Shown here: piece by piece, positions 19,069-28,463 of the stretch | Position numbering within the stretch: position 1 is the stretch's first letter | Layout: each line of letters opens with the position of its first letter | Assembly (NCBI GenBank): GCA_965204755.1 | Contig: OZ242011.1 | Span: 1,696,001-1,760,000, forward strand | Direction of reading: 5' to 3' | DNA from: Candidatus Marinacidobacterium sp. | GTDB taxonomy: Bacteria > Acidobacteriota > Vicinamibacteria > Marinacidobacterales > Marinacidobacteraceae | Length of the DNA stretch: 64,000 bases | Notes under the pieces: model-generated | What the model was told of the DNA's origin: nothing | Seen by the model: the letters and a program-made list of their open reading frames with translations, nothing else | Database searches by the model: none | Program-made: the position numbers and the translations under genes

Positions 19069-19560
19069 ATGAGCACCAGCGCGTCGCTCACGGAGAGTCT
19101 TCGGGGTCTCATTGCCGTCACGCTTGTAGGTCTCCTGTCCGTCGCGCCGGTGATGGCGCAGGATGTCGTCTGCCCTCCCGGAACCAGACAGAAGGCGCCG
19201 GGTGTGGCCCAATGTGTCGATACATCGACACCGGATGGGAATTCACGGACGAATATGGCCGGATGGCTGCTGGGGATCGGCGGTGCTGTCGCTGTCGTGG
19301 CGTTGGTTCTTCATTTCCGGGATCGCGGATCATCGAACCCGAAGCCGCAGGTTATTCCGCGGCCGGACCATTGGCCACTTCCGACCGACTTGAACGATCT
19401 CGATGGGCACGCGCGCGAAGCGTGGATGCCGCGCTCAGCGCCGGGATCGGCGATGTCGGAGCCGGAACGGGAAGAACCGGTCTTCGGCGTCTGCGATGGT
19501 TCGTCGGATTCCGATGGGAGTCGGCGATCGTTCACGGAAGAGGGCGGCTGTCTCCGATAA
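19069..19560 (+). CDS. Hypothetical membrane protein
   Basis: GGAGG RBS, signal-like helix plus one TM segment, no recognised family. Confidence 0.5.
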   Translation: MSTSASLTESLRGLIAVTLVGLLSVAPVMAQDVVCPPGTRQKAPGVAQCVDTSTPDGNSRTNMAGWLLGIGGAVAVVALVLHFRDRGSSNPKPQVIPRPDHWPLPTDLNDLDGHAREAWMPRSAPGSAMSEPEREEPVFGVCDGSSDSDGSRRSFTEEGGCLR

Positions 19561-19567
19561 GCGTCGT

Positions 19568-19972
19568 ATGGTTGAGGATACGACCCCGGAGGAGGCGGGG
19601 CGAAACGCCGATGAGTTGGCGGAGGAGGGCTTCATCGTGGCGCTTACGACCGCCCCCGATGGACGGGTCGCGCGGCGGATGGCGCAGACTGTGGTGGAGG
19701 AGCGGCTCGCGGCCTGCGTCAACATCGTCGGGCCCATGAAGTCGGTGTACCGGTGGAAGGGCGGAGTGGAACAGGTCGCGGAGCACCTGCTCGTCATGAA
19801 GACCACCGTGGACTGCACTCCCGCGCTTGGAGCGCGGATCGAGGAGTTGCACCCCTATGAAACGCCGGAGTTCCTTTCGCTTCCGGCGGTGGGCGGTGTG
19901 CGGGCCTACCTCGAGTGGATCGTGAACTCCGTCGAGCCGCCTTCGGCGCCGGACGGAGACAAGAGCGACTGA
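19568..19972 (+). CDS. cutA: Divalent-cation tolerance protein CutA
   Basis: LAACVNI, SVYRWKG, HPYETPE, YLEWI. Confidence 0.92.
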   Translation: MVEDTTPEEAGRNADELAEEGFIVALTTAPDGRVARRMAQTVVEERLAACVNIVGPMKSVYRWKGGVEQVAEHLLVMKTTVDCTPALGARIEELHPYETPEFLSLPAVGGVRAYLEWIVNSVEPPSAPDGDKSD

Positions 19973-20085
19973 CGGCCCCGGACGGGGATCTTCCCGTCGG
20001 GGTCGTGCCTCCCGCCCCGGCGGGGACCGGCCGAGGCAGCCGGATGAGCCCGGCCGCCCAAGGCGCAGCGACCGGGCCCGGCCCG

Positions 20086-20477
20086 TCAGGTCTCCCGCAA
20101 CTCCCGCAGCCGTTTCGCCGGGTCGGTGAACACGATGGCGCGGGGGTCGAAGCGCGCCGGGTCGTAGTCGCGGAAGTACTCGCAGGCCTCCCGGTCGTGC
20201 ATCAGGGCTGACTCCTCGAAGTACCCGGAGAGGAACGCGACGAGCGACTCGCAGCCGCTGACGCCGCCGATGTCCTCCGGCCGGCAGGCGCACCGGCCGC
20301 CGAGACACGCGGACGCGCCGATTCCTTCGGGACGGCTCTCTTTCGCTTCGGGCACCATCTGGACGGCGCAGTGGAGAGCCCGGAAGGTCGAGTCGTCGAG
20401 GCCTCGATCCGCCGCCAGATCGGCGGCCGAATCCCCAAGAGCGTGATCTGGAAACGGAGCGCGGTCGTCGAAGTCAT
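20086..20477 (-). pseudogene. Degraded pRiA4b ORF-3 family protein
   Basis: N-terminus LRFQITLLGIRPPIWRRIE and C-terminus CLGGRCACRPEDIGG...YDPARFD are in different frames, and the central part is missing. Confidence 0.8.
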
Positions 20478-20525
20478 AGGGGCGCGGGAAGGGAAGGTGG
20501 GGGAGAGTCGGCGATGCCCGCCGGC

Positions 20526-21185
20526 TCAGTGCTCGCGGGCTTGGACCTCCATTTCCTTGAGGAGCCCCTCCAGCCGGGACTTCGGGTCATCGAAGAAAAC
20601 GAGACGGCGGTCGAAGTAGGCCGGGTCGTAGTCGTGGTATTCCTCGTAGAAGCCGGTCGCGCGAAGCGACTCCGATTCGTCGCGGTCGCCGGAGAGTGCC
20701 CGGCAGAGGTCGTAGTAGCCGCGGAGGCCGCAGCAATCCGTCGGCGGCGCGGCGCGCCGGCCTCCGAGGCACACCGGCTCGGTGATTCCGGCGGGCCGCT
20801 TCTCGGCGCTTTCGAAGACCACGAGGTGATCCCGGTCCTCGCCGAAGTCGAACTGCTCCGCCAGTCGCGTGTAGCGCATACGGTCGCCGGGAGATCGGAG
20901 GTAGCGGGACAGCCGCGCTCTCCAACTCGACCGGACGGAGGGCGCCGGATCCTCGTCCGTGAATCCGATGACCTCGCGGTCGTCCCACGGGGGTTCGCCG
21001 CCGCGCCCCTTCGGCAGGGGCACGAACAGGTGGTGGTCGCCGAAGTCCCACTCGAAGGCGTCTTCGATGAAGCAATGGAGGTCCCGGAAGGTCGAGTTGC
21101 CGGGCACTTCGATCCGCCGCCACGCGGGCGGACGGATCCCGGCGATCGTGATCTCGAAACGGAGCGCGGACTTCGAGGTCTTCAC
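20526..21185 (-). CDS. pRiA4b ORF-3 family protein
   Basis: LRFEITIAGIRPPAWRRIEVP, LHCFIEDAFEW, FDFGED, CLGGRRAAPPTDCCG. GTG start at 21185. Confidence 0.82.
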   Translation of the reverse strand: MKTSKSALRFEITIAGIRPPAWRRIEVPGNSTFRDLHCFIEDAFEWDFGDHHLFVPLPKGRGGEPPWDDREVIGFTDEDPAPSVRSSWRARLSRYLRSPGDRMRYTRLAEQFDFGEDRDHLVVFESAEKRPAGITEPVCLGGRRAAPPTDCCGLRGYYDLCRALSGDRDESESLRATGFYEEYHDYDPAYFDRRLVFFDDPKSRLEGLLKEMEVQAREH

Positions 21186-21196
21186 GGTCGAGTCGG

Positions 21197-22328
21197 TTAC
21201 GACGAACCGGGGTCGTCGGGCGGGGCGATGTAGTCCATGAGGCTCGGAATCCCGGGTTCCCATTCCCGGCTGCCGCCTTCGCGCCAGATGAAGCCGAGGT
21301 GGCGGAGCGCCGTCCGGGCGGCGCCCACCGCTTCGTCGTCCGCCGACGCCGGCAGCGCTCCCCGAACGGCGCGCTCCAGGCCTTCGGCGTCGAGGCGAGG
21401 CCGCTCCCGCAGCGCCTTCGCCACCGCCTGCGCGGCCGGCAGCAGGCGCCCGTCCATCCAGTTCCTGCAATCGGTCCGCGTAGTAGTCGTCCCGTTGGCG
21501 TTCGAAGTCCGCCTGCGCCGCCTCCACATCGGAGAGGGTGACGGTCGAGCGCCGGTTCGAGGCGTTCCGGACGCGTTTCCAGACCTCCCTCCCCCACAAC
21601 TGGATGAAGTACGGGTAGCCGTGGCTTTCGCGAACCAAGTGGTCCAGCGCCTCCTCGGTGACCGAGATTCCTTCCGCGCGGAGCGGTTCCCGGAGCGCCG
21701 CCGCCGTCTGCGAGGCGTCGAGCCGCCCGATCGCCCTCTTCTCGGCGCGGTTCCAGAAACCGGCGCCCAGAGTGTGCAGGCGGGCGGGCAGATCCGGCGT
21801 GCCCGCCAGCACCAGGAGGAACGGGAGTTCCGCGCCGACTTGCTGGGCGCAGTTCAGCAACTCGCGGCCGACCTGGCGGTCCAGCGTATGGGCTTCGTCC
21901 ATCAGCAGCGCCAGCGGCTTCCGTCGAACCCGTCGGGAGATCTGTTCGCCAAGCGAAGGCGGTCCTGCGGTTTGCGATCTCCGGCGCGCATCCCTCACCG
22001 GCGGAGAACCGGGGACGAGCCGGTTCCACCATCGGCGTGGGCGAAGAACCCGCGCACAGTCATTCCGATCGCGGAACCGTGAGGGCGTGACGCGCACGAC
22101 ATCCACGCGCGGCCGCGACGCGGCCTCCTCCTGCACCCAGGCGAGCAAGGCCGTCTTCCCGTTCCCGCGCGGGCCGTAGAGGATGACTTCCCGCGGCGGC
22201 GGTCTCCGCTCCTCGAGATCGCTCAGGAGCCGCCGAAATACGGACTGCTCGGTTTCGCGCCCCGCGAGATAGGGCGGCAGTCGGCCCGGCGCCGGTCGAA
22301 ACGGACTGCGAAGAGTCTCGACGGCCAT
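21197..22328 (-). pseudogene. AAA-type ATPase with frameshift near 21455
   Basis: GPRGNGKT, LLMDEAH, GYPYFIQLWG. The C-terminal LRHLGFIW...WEPGIPSLMDYI is in a second frame. Confidence 0.78.
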
Positions 22329-22439
22329 GCGGCGAGTATAGGGATTTCGCCCGGGAGCGGGACCGGATTCGCGCGTCCGGGCGAGCCCGCGAGCCCGCGC
22401 CGCAGGCCCTCTCCGAGGCGCTTCCGGCCCGGCAGCCGG

Positions 22440-23525
22440 CTACTGCGATCGGTCCCCGTCCGGAGCGGCGATGTAGTCCATGAGGCTCGGAATCCCGGGT
22501 TCCCAGTCCCGGCCCCTCTCTCGCCAGATGAAGCCGAGGTGGCGCAGCGCCTGGAGGGCGGCGTCTGCGGCCTCATCGGACTTCCGGTTCGGCAGCGCCT
22601 CCCGAACGATCTCTTCGAGGATTTCGGCGCCCAAGCATTCGCGGTCTCGAAACGCCCGCGCCACCGCACGGGCTTCCGGGAGCAGATCACCGTCTTCGAG
22701 TTCCCGAAATCGGTCCAGGAAGTAGAGGTTCTTACGACGGTCGAAATTCCTCCGGGCCTTCTGGACATCGGCCATCGTGACCTTCGCCGGCGGTTCGGAG
22801 GATGAGGCGCGGATCGAGTTCCAGACTGCCTCGCCCCACAGTTGGATGAAGAACGGGTATCTGTCGCTCTCTCCGACCATGCGCGTCATCGCGTCGTCGG
22901 AGACGGCGGTTCCGTCGGCGGCGAACGGCCGTCGCAACGCCTGCTCGGCGTCCGCGGGCCGGAGTCGTCCGATGGGGAGAATCTCGGCGCGGTTCCAGAA
23001 ACTCGCCTGGAGGGTGTTCAGGCGCGTGCGGAGGTCCGGCGTGCCGGCCAAGACCAACAGGAACGGGAGTTCGGCGCCTACCTGCCGGCTGCAGTTCAGC
23101 AAGGCCCGGCCGGCTTTCCTGTCCAGAGTGTGGGCTTCATCCACCAGCAGCGCGAGAGGCCTCCGCTCGACTCGCCGCCGGACGATCTCCTTGAGTCGTG
23201 ACGACCCGGGGACGATCCTTCTCCACCATCGTCGTGGCCGGAGGAGACTGGCCAAATCTTCGCTACCGTGGAACTCCGACGGCGTGACCCGGAGGACTTC
23301 CACCCGGGTACCGGGCGCGGCCTCCCGCTCCACCCAAGCGAGCAGCGTCGTCTTTCCGTTCCCCCGCGGGCCGTAGAGCACGACCTCCCGTGGCGGCGGT
23401 CTCCGCTCCTCGAGTTCGGTCAGGAGCCGTCGAAACACGGACTGCTCGCGCCCCCTACCCGCCAGGTACGGTGGCGGGCGGCCCGGGCTGGGGCGGAACG
23501 GGCCGAACACGCCGTAGTCGGGCAT
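22440..23525 (-). CDS. AAA-type ATPase
   Basis: PPYLAGR, GPRGNGKT, LLVDEAH, YPFFIQLWG, WEPGIPSLMDYI. Confidence 0.88.
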   Translation of the reverse strand: MPDYGVFGPFRPSPGRPPPYLAGRGREQSVFRRLLTELEERRPPPREVVLYGPRGNGKTTLLAWVEREAAPGTRVEVLRVTPSEFHGSEDLASLLRPRRWWRRIVPGSSRLKEIVRRRVERRPLALLVDEAHTLDRKAGRALLNCSRQVGAELPFLLVLAGTPDLRTRLNTLQASFWNRAEILPIGRLRPADAEQALRRPFAADGTAVSDDAMTRMVGESDRYPFFIQLWGEAVWNSIRASSSEPPAKVTMADVQKARRNFDRRKNLYFLDRFRELEDGDLLPEARAVARAFRDRECLGAEILEEIVREALPNRKSDEAADAALQALRHLGFIWRERGRDWEPGIPSLMDYIAAPDGDRSQ

Positions 23526-23614
23526 CGTCCCCGGAGTATAGAAAGGTCGCCGCCCTTACGCCGGGCGGCGCGACAGCCACCGGCCCGCCGGCCGAGACCG
23601 CCCGTCGCGCCCGT

Positions 23615-24238
23615 TCAGGGGCCGCCGGTCTCCAGGTGGAACTCCAGCCGAGGCGCCGGGTCGAAGAAGATGACCTCGTCGGGGTGGAAGGCGGCCGGGT
23701 CGTAGTCGGCGAACTCCTCGTAGAACTCCGGGTCGCGCCAGCGCTCGGATTCGTCGGTCTTTCCGGCGAGCGCGTCCACCAGGTCGTAGTAGCCGGGCAC
23801 GCCGCCGCAGTCCTCCGGGGGGCAGGCGCGGCGTCCGCCGAGACAGACCGGCTTCTCGATTCCCTTCGGGCGCTTCTCGATGGCTTCGAGCACGACGCGG
23901 TGGAACCAGTCGTCCCCGAAGTCGTAGATGTAGAGCGCGCGGTCGCCGACTTCGTCGAGGTGGTGCGTGACCTTCGTCTTCCATCCGGGGAGGACCGTCT
24001 TGGACCCGTGGGGATCCGGGACGCCGATCGAGAGCCCGTCCCGGTCGTAGGCGTAGCGCGGGTCGTACACGCCCGGACGGAAATCGTGGAAGTGGGTTCC
24101 CTCCCATCCCATGGCGTCCTGGATCGCGCAGTGGAGTTCCCAGAAGTTGGCGTTCCCGGGGATCTCGATGCGGCGCCAGACCAGCGGGCGGATGCCGACC
24201 AGCGTGATGCGGAAGCGCAGAGCGGTTCTCGAGGCCAT
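23615..24238 (-). CDS. pRiA4b ORF-3 family protein
   Basis: VWRRIEIP, LHCAIQDAMGW...HFHDF, YIYDFGDDWFH, ACPPEDCGG. Confidence 0.9.
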   Translation of the reverse strand: MASRTALRFRITLVGIRPLVWRRIEIPGNANFWELHCAIQDAMGWEGTHFHDFRPGVYDPRYAYDRDGLSIGVPDPHGSKTVLPGWKTKVTHHLDEVGDRALYIYDFGDDWFHRVVLEAIEKRPKGIEKPVCLGGRRACPPEDCGGVPGYYDLVDALAGKTDESERWRDPEFYEEFADYDPAAFHPDEVIFFDPAPRLEFHLETGGP

Positions 24239-24277
24239 GTCGCCGACCTTTCGGAATGCGGGGATCGTCGAGAACGC

Positions 24278-25822
24278 TTACTCGGCGCCGAGCGCGACGA
24301 TCGGGTCGAAGCGGGCGGCGCGGCGGGCCGGGCTGACCCCGGCGGCGATTCCTACGGCCAGGGCGACCGCGAAGGCGATGGCGGCCGCGCCGAAGGAGAC
24401 TTCGACCCGGAGTCCGAACCCGGCCTCGACCGCGAACGCCGCGGCAATTCCCAGGACGACGCCGATCACGCCGCCGCCGGCGCCGAGCGCGACCGACTCG
24501 GTGAGGAACTGGTTCCCCACATCGGCGGTGCGGGCGCCCACCGCCATCCGCAGCCCGATCTCGCGGAACCGCTCCTTGACCGCGAGCAGCATCACATTGG
24601 AAATGCCGATCGCGCCCACCACCAGCGAAACCAGCGCGATGGCGAGCAGGAGCGCCGACATCGTCCGGCTCGACCGCTCCAGGGTCGCCGCCAACTGGCG
24701 CAGCGTCGTCCGCTCCAGGTTGGGGATGTTTCCGGCGAGCGTCGCCGCCACCTTGGGGTGGAGTCCGCGGGAGAGGACCTGCGAAGCCTGCGTCGAAACG
24801 GTGAAGTCGTCGGGTTGCGTGTCCGAGATGCCGTGGCGTTCGCGCAGCAGGTCGGTGATCCGGTTCGCCACTTCGGTGACCCGGCCGGAAGACGCGGCGG
24901 TAACCGTGATCGAGTTCAGGTTCGTCACATTGAGCAGCCGGTGGATCGTGGTGAACGGCGTATACACCGCGTCGAACTCGTCGTCGCCGGGCGCGCCGGG
25001 ATTCATCCAGTTCGTACTGGCGACGACTCCCACGACCTCGAAGACCTGGTTCCAGATCGTGATCTCCTCGCCCACCGGGTCAGACCCTTCGCCGAAGATG
25101 CGGTCGCGCACGATGCTGCCGAGGACGGCCACCCGGTCGCCGCGGCGGAGTTCCCGGGCGGAGAAGAACCGGCCGCTCGCCAAGGCGAACGATCGGCGGA
25201 TCTCCAGGAGTTCGCGCTCGGTGCCGTGGAGCCGCGTGAACCAGCGCCGCTCGCCGCTGTGGGCGCGGATGCTCTCGTGGACGCCGGAGGCGACCTGCGC
25301 GACGCCGGGGAGGGACGCGATCGCCCGGGCGTCGTCCTGGGTGAGCGTCGCCGCCGCGCCGAGGCCGGCTTCCGAATCACCCAGCCGTTCCGCCGCCGTC
25401 GGGTGGTCGTGTTTCTCCATCGGGTCGTTCTCGGGATGGGCCAGCGCGACCGGTTCGATCCGGTCCCGCAGCGTCTCCCAAAGCCCCGGCGCCGGGCGCG
25501 GCGTCAGCCGGCCGTGGCGGGCCGGCGCTTCGGTCCCCCCGAGCGGCCGTTCGCCCCGCGCCCGGTAGTTCCCGGCGCTGATCTCGATCACATTCAGGCC
25601 GGCGGCGCGCACCTGGCGGCCGATGGCGCTCTGGGCGCCCCGCCCCAGCGCGATGGTGGTCATCAGCGCCGCCACGCCGAAGGCGAGACCGGTCAGGGTC
25701 AGCCCGGTGCGCAGCGGGAAGCGCCGCAGGCTCTGGAGCGCGATCTCCGCGGCGGTCCGGTCCGCCGGGGGACGCAGCCGGGCGGCGACGGTCCGGCCCG
25801 CCGGGCGGTCAGGCGCCGGCAT
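24278..25822 (-). CDS. MacB/FtsX-like ABC transporter permease
   Basis: LRTGLTLTGLAFGVAAL, GAIGISNVMLLAVKERFREIGLRMAVGA, PARRAARFDPI. Confidence 0.9.
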   Translation of the reverse strand: MPAPDRPAGRTVAARLRPPADRTAAEIALQSLRRFPLRTGLTLTGLAFGVAALMTTIALGRGAQSAIGRQVRAAGLNVIEISAGNYRARGERPLGGTEAPARHGRLTPRPAPGLWETLRDRIEPVALAHPENDPMEKHDHPTAAERLGDSEAGLGAAATLTQDDARAIASLPGVAQVASGVHESIRAHSGERRWFTRLHGTERELLEIRRSFALASGRFFSARELRRGDRVAVLGSIVRDRIFGEGSDPVGEEITIWNQVFEVVGVVASTNWMNPGAPGDDEFDAVYTPFTTIHRLLNVTNLNSITVTAASSGRVTEVANRITDLLRERHGISDTQPDDFTVSTQASQVLSRGLHPKVAATLAGNIPNLERTTLRQLAATLERSSRTMSALLLAIALVSLVVGAIGISNVMLLAVKERFREIGLRMAVGARTADVGNQFLTESVALGAGGGVIGVVLGIAAAFAVEAGFGLRVEVSFGAAAIAFAVALAVGIAAGVSPARRAARFDPIVALGAE

Positions 25823-26555
25823 CGTTCCCTCCGTCGTCCCGGACGATCCGGCCGTCCCGGAGTTCGACGCTCCGGGACGCGTAGTCCGCCACCTGGCGGT
25901 CGTGGGTGATCATGACCACGGTGAGCCCCCGCTCGGCGTTCAGCCGGGCGAAGGTGTCCAGGATCTCCCCGCCGGTGGCGCTGTCCAGGTTTCCGGTCGG
26001 TTCGTCGGCGAGCAGCAGCCGGGGCCGGTTCGCCAGCGCCCGGGCGATGGCCACCCGCTGCTGCTGGCCGCCGGAGAGTTGGCTCGGGGCGTGGGTGGCC
26101 CGGTCCGAGAGCCGGACGGCGGCGAGCGCCTCTTCGCCCCGCTTCCGCCGCTCGCTCTTGCCGAGTCGTCGTCGTCCGTACATCAGCGGCAGTTCCACAT
26201 TCTCGAGGGCGGAAGCGCGCGCCAGCAGGTGGAAACTCTGGAAGACGAAGCCGATCTCCTCGTTGCGGATCCGGGCGCGCTCGTCGGAGGCGAGACTCGA
26301 CACGCGGCGCCCGCCGAGGAGGTATTCGCCGGAGGTGGGTTGGTCGAGGCAGCCGAGCACATGCATGAGCGTGCTCTTGCCCGACCCGGAGGGGCCGAGC
26401 ACCGAGAGGAAGTCGCCGGAGTCCACCCGCAGGCTGACGCCGCGCAGCGCTTCCACCCGGTGGTCCTCCGAGAGGACATAGGTCTTCACCAGGTCGCGCA
26501 CTTCGATGGCCGGAGCGCCGGCGGGGGGCCCGGCGGCGCCGTTCGCCGCCGTCAC
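25809..26555 (-). CDS. ABC transporter ATP-binding protein (LolD/MacB-like)
   Basis: GPSGSGKST, LSGGQQQRVAIARAL, LLADEPTGNLD. Confidence 0.92.
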   Translation of the reverse strand: MTAANGAAGPPAGAPAIEVRDLVKTYVLSEDHRVEALRGVSLRVDSGDFLSVLGPSGSGKSTLMHVLGCLDQPTSGEYLLGGRRVSSLASDERARIRNEEIGFVFQSFHLLARASALENVELPLMYGRRRLGKSERRKRGEEALAAVRLSDRATHAPSQLSGGQQQRVAIARALANRPRLLLADEPTGNLDSATGGEILDTFARLNAERGLTVVMITHDRQVADYASRSVELRDGRIVRDDGGNDAGA

Positions 26556-26613
26556 CCGGGCCCCCGAAGGTTCGGGCGTCAGTCGGAGTCTCCTCGCGGC
26601 AACGCGACGCTCC

Positions 26614-28296
26614 TTATTCGCCGCCGCCGGTCTCCGCCGGCGCGTCCTCCAGCAAACCCGCGTACGAGTAGAGGAAAGTGGCGACCGACTTTTCGGCGCC
26701 GGCCATGCCGTACACCTCGCCGGCGCCTTCGATGACCCAGAACTCGTTGGCGGCGTGCGCGCCGCCGCCGTGTCCCGCCGCTCCGCCGACGATCGGCATG
26801 GAGAGGTCGGTTCCGTCCGGCAGGTCGGCGTCGCGTCCGCTGAACAGGTACGCCGGCCAGTAGCCGCCGAGGATCGTTTCGTCCTCGATGGGTTCGCGGT
26901 AGCGGATGCCGAAGATGTCGTAGGTCTCCATGAGCGAGTGGGCGGCGCGGTTGTCGTAACTGCTCTTCGACCAGGGGACATCGCCGACGATGGTCATCTC
27001 CACATCTTCATACCCCTGCGCGTCCAGGTAGTCGCGGATCTTCTGCACCATCTCCAGTCCGTCCTGGTTCGGGACATACCTCATGTTGTGCTTGGAAGTG
27101 ATCCGGTTGGGCAGGATGGCGCCGGCGCCGCCGGGATACATGTTCCCGGCCCAGATGCCGTCCATGTTGAAGGAGATGCCGTAGCGGGCGCTCTTCAGGT
27201 ACTCGAGCGGGTCGTCGGTCATGAACCGCGCCACGCCGAGGTTCTCGGCGGCGATCGCCATGTCCAGGTTCTCCGCCGAACTCCGGAACATCTCCTCCTC
27301 GCCGGGAGTGAGCGCCGCCGCGCCGTCGTAGAAGCCGGGCACCAGCACCCGGTTGCCGTCGTCGGAGATGATCGTGGAGAGCATCTTGATGTGGCGCAGC
27401 GCCGGCGCGTCGGTGGACCGCTTGTGCGCGCCGTGGATGTTGGAGGCCACCGGGCCCCGCCCCCAACTCGCCCCGCTGGTGGTGAGTTCGATATAGACGC
27501 AGCCTTCGGAACCGCCGGAGATCCCGGCGGCGCCGCTGCGCGCCTGCCGGCCGAATCTATACATCGCTTCCGCGTCCCGGAAGAGGTCCGGGTTCTCGCG
27601 CACGAACTGGCGAAGGCCGATGGACATCCGCTCTTCGTCGCCTTCGGCCACGACGATCAGGTTCACCGGCATGGAGCCGGTGACTTCGTAGATGGACTGG
27701 AAGGCGTTCCACTGCACCATCTGCGGGCCCTTGGAGTTCGTCGCGCCGCGGCCGATCATCACTTTCTTGAACGGGCCGAACTCGGTGATCTCCCCGTCGA
27801 ACGGATCGAGCACCCAAGCCTCGCGCTGGGTGATCGGCATCGTGTCGTACATCCAGTAGATGAGGATGGTGCGCTCCGCGCCGTAGTCGCAGTTGGCGTA
27901 CACCACCGGGTTGCCCGGCTGCCCCCACTCGGTCATCGGGATGTCGTACACCTGCGACTGCTGGCAGCCGATCTCGTCGAAGAACCCCTTGACCATCTGC
28001 GCCGACTCCTGGATCCCCTCGCCGGAGTTGGAGATGCTCGGCTGCTGGATCCAGCGGCGGAGGTTCAGCACATGCTCGTCCACATTGTCGTCGATGTGCT
28101 GGAACACCTGCTGGAGTTCTTCGGGGATCCGGGACAGGTCCGGGGTGGACTCGGTGTCGCCGGCGGGCCGGATGCCGAGGGTCTCCCGGACGGAGGCGGT
28201 GTCCGGTTCCTCTTGGGGAGGGGCGCCGCAGGCGGCGAGCCCGAGGGAAGCCGCCGCGAAGAGCAGCAGGATGGGTCGGAACGAGCAGCGGGCCAT
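26614..28296 (-). CDS. M20/M25/M40 family peptidase, lipoprotein
   Basis: Lipobox LAAC, GRGATNSKG, AEGDEE, AHAANE. GGAGG RBS before ATG 28296. Confidence 0.85.
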   Translation of the reverse strand: MARCSFRPILLLFAAASLGLAACGAPPQEEPDTASVRETLGIRPAGDTESTPDLSRIPEELQQVFQHIDDNVDEHVLNLRRWIQQPSISNSGEGIQESAQMVKGFFDEIGCQQSQVYDIPMTEWGQPGNPVVYANCDYGAERTILIYWMYDTMPITQREAWVLDPFDGEITEFGPFKKVMIGRGATNSKGPQMVQWNAFQSIYEVTGSMPVNLIVVAEGDEERMSIGLRQFVRENPDLFRDAEAMYRFGRQARSGAAGISGGSEGCVYIELTTSGASWGRGPVASNIHGAHKRSTDAPALRHIKMLSTIISDDGNRVLVPGFYDGAAALTPGEEEMFRSSAENLDMAIAAENLGVARFMTDDPLEYLKSARYGISFNMDGIWAGNMYPGGAGAILPNRITSKHNMRYVPNQDGLEMVQKIRDYLDAQGYEDVEMTIVGDVPWSKSSYDNRAAHSLMETYDIFGIRYREPIEDETILGGYWPAYLFSGRDADLPDGTDLSMPIVGGAAGHGGGAHAANEFWVIEGAGEVYGMAGAEKSVATFLYSYAGLLEDAPAETGGGE

Positions 28297-28463
28297 GGAA
28301 ACGCCTCCGGTCTGGGGGTGGCGCCGGGGGGTCGGATGGTGGGTCGGCGCCGCCCCCCGGCGGGCGGCGCCGAATTCCGAAACATATGCGGATTTCCGGC
28401 GGCCTGTCAAAGATGGAGCGCGTCGAAGACGGAGCGGGCCGCGTCGGCGTCCGCCCCGGCCGG

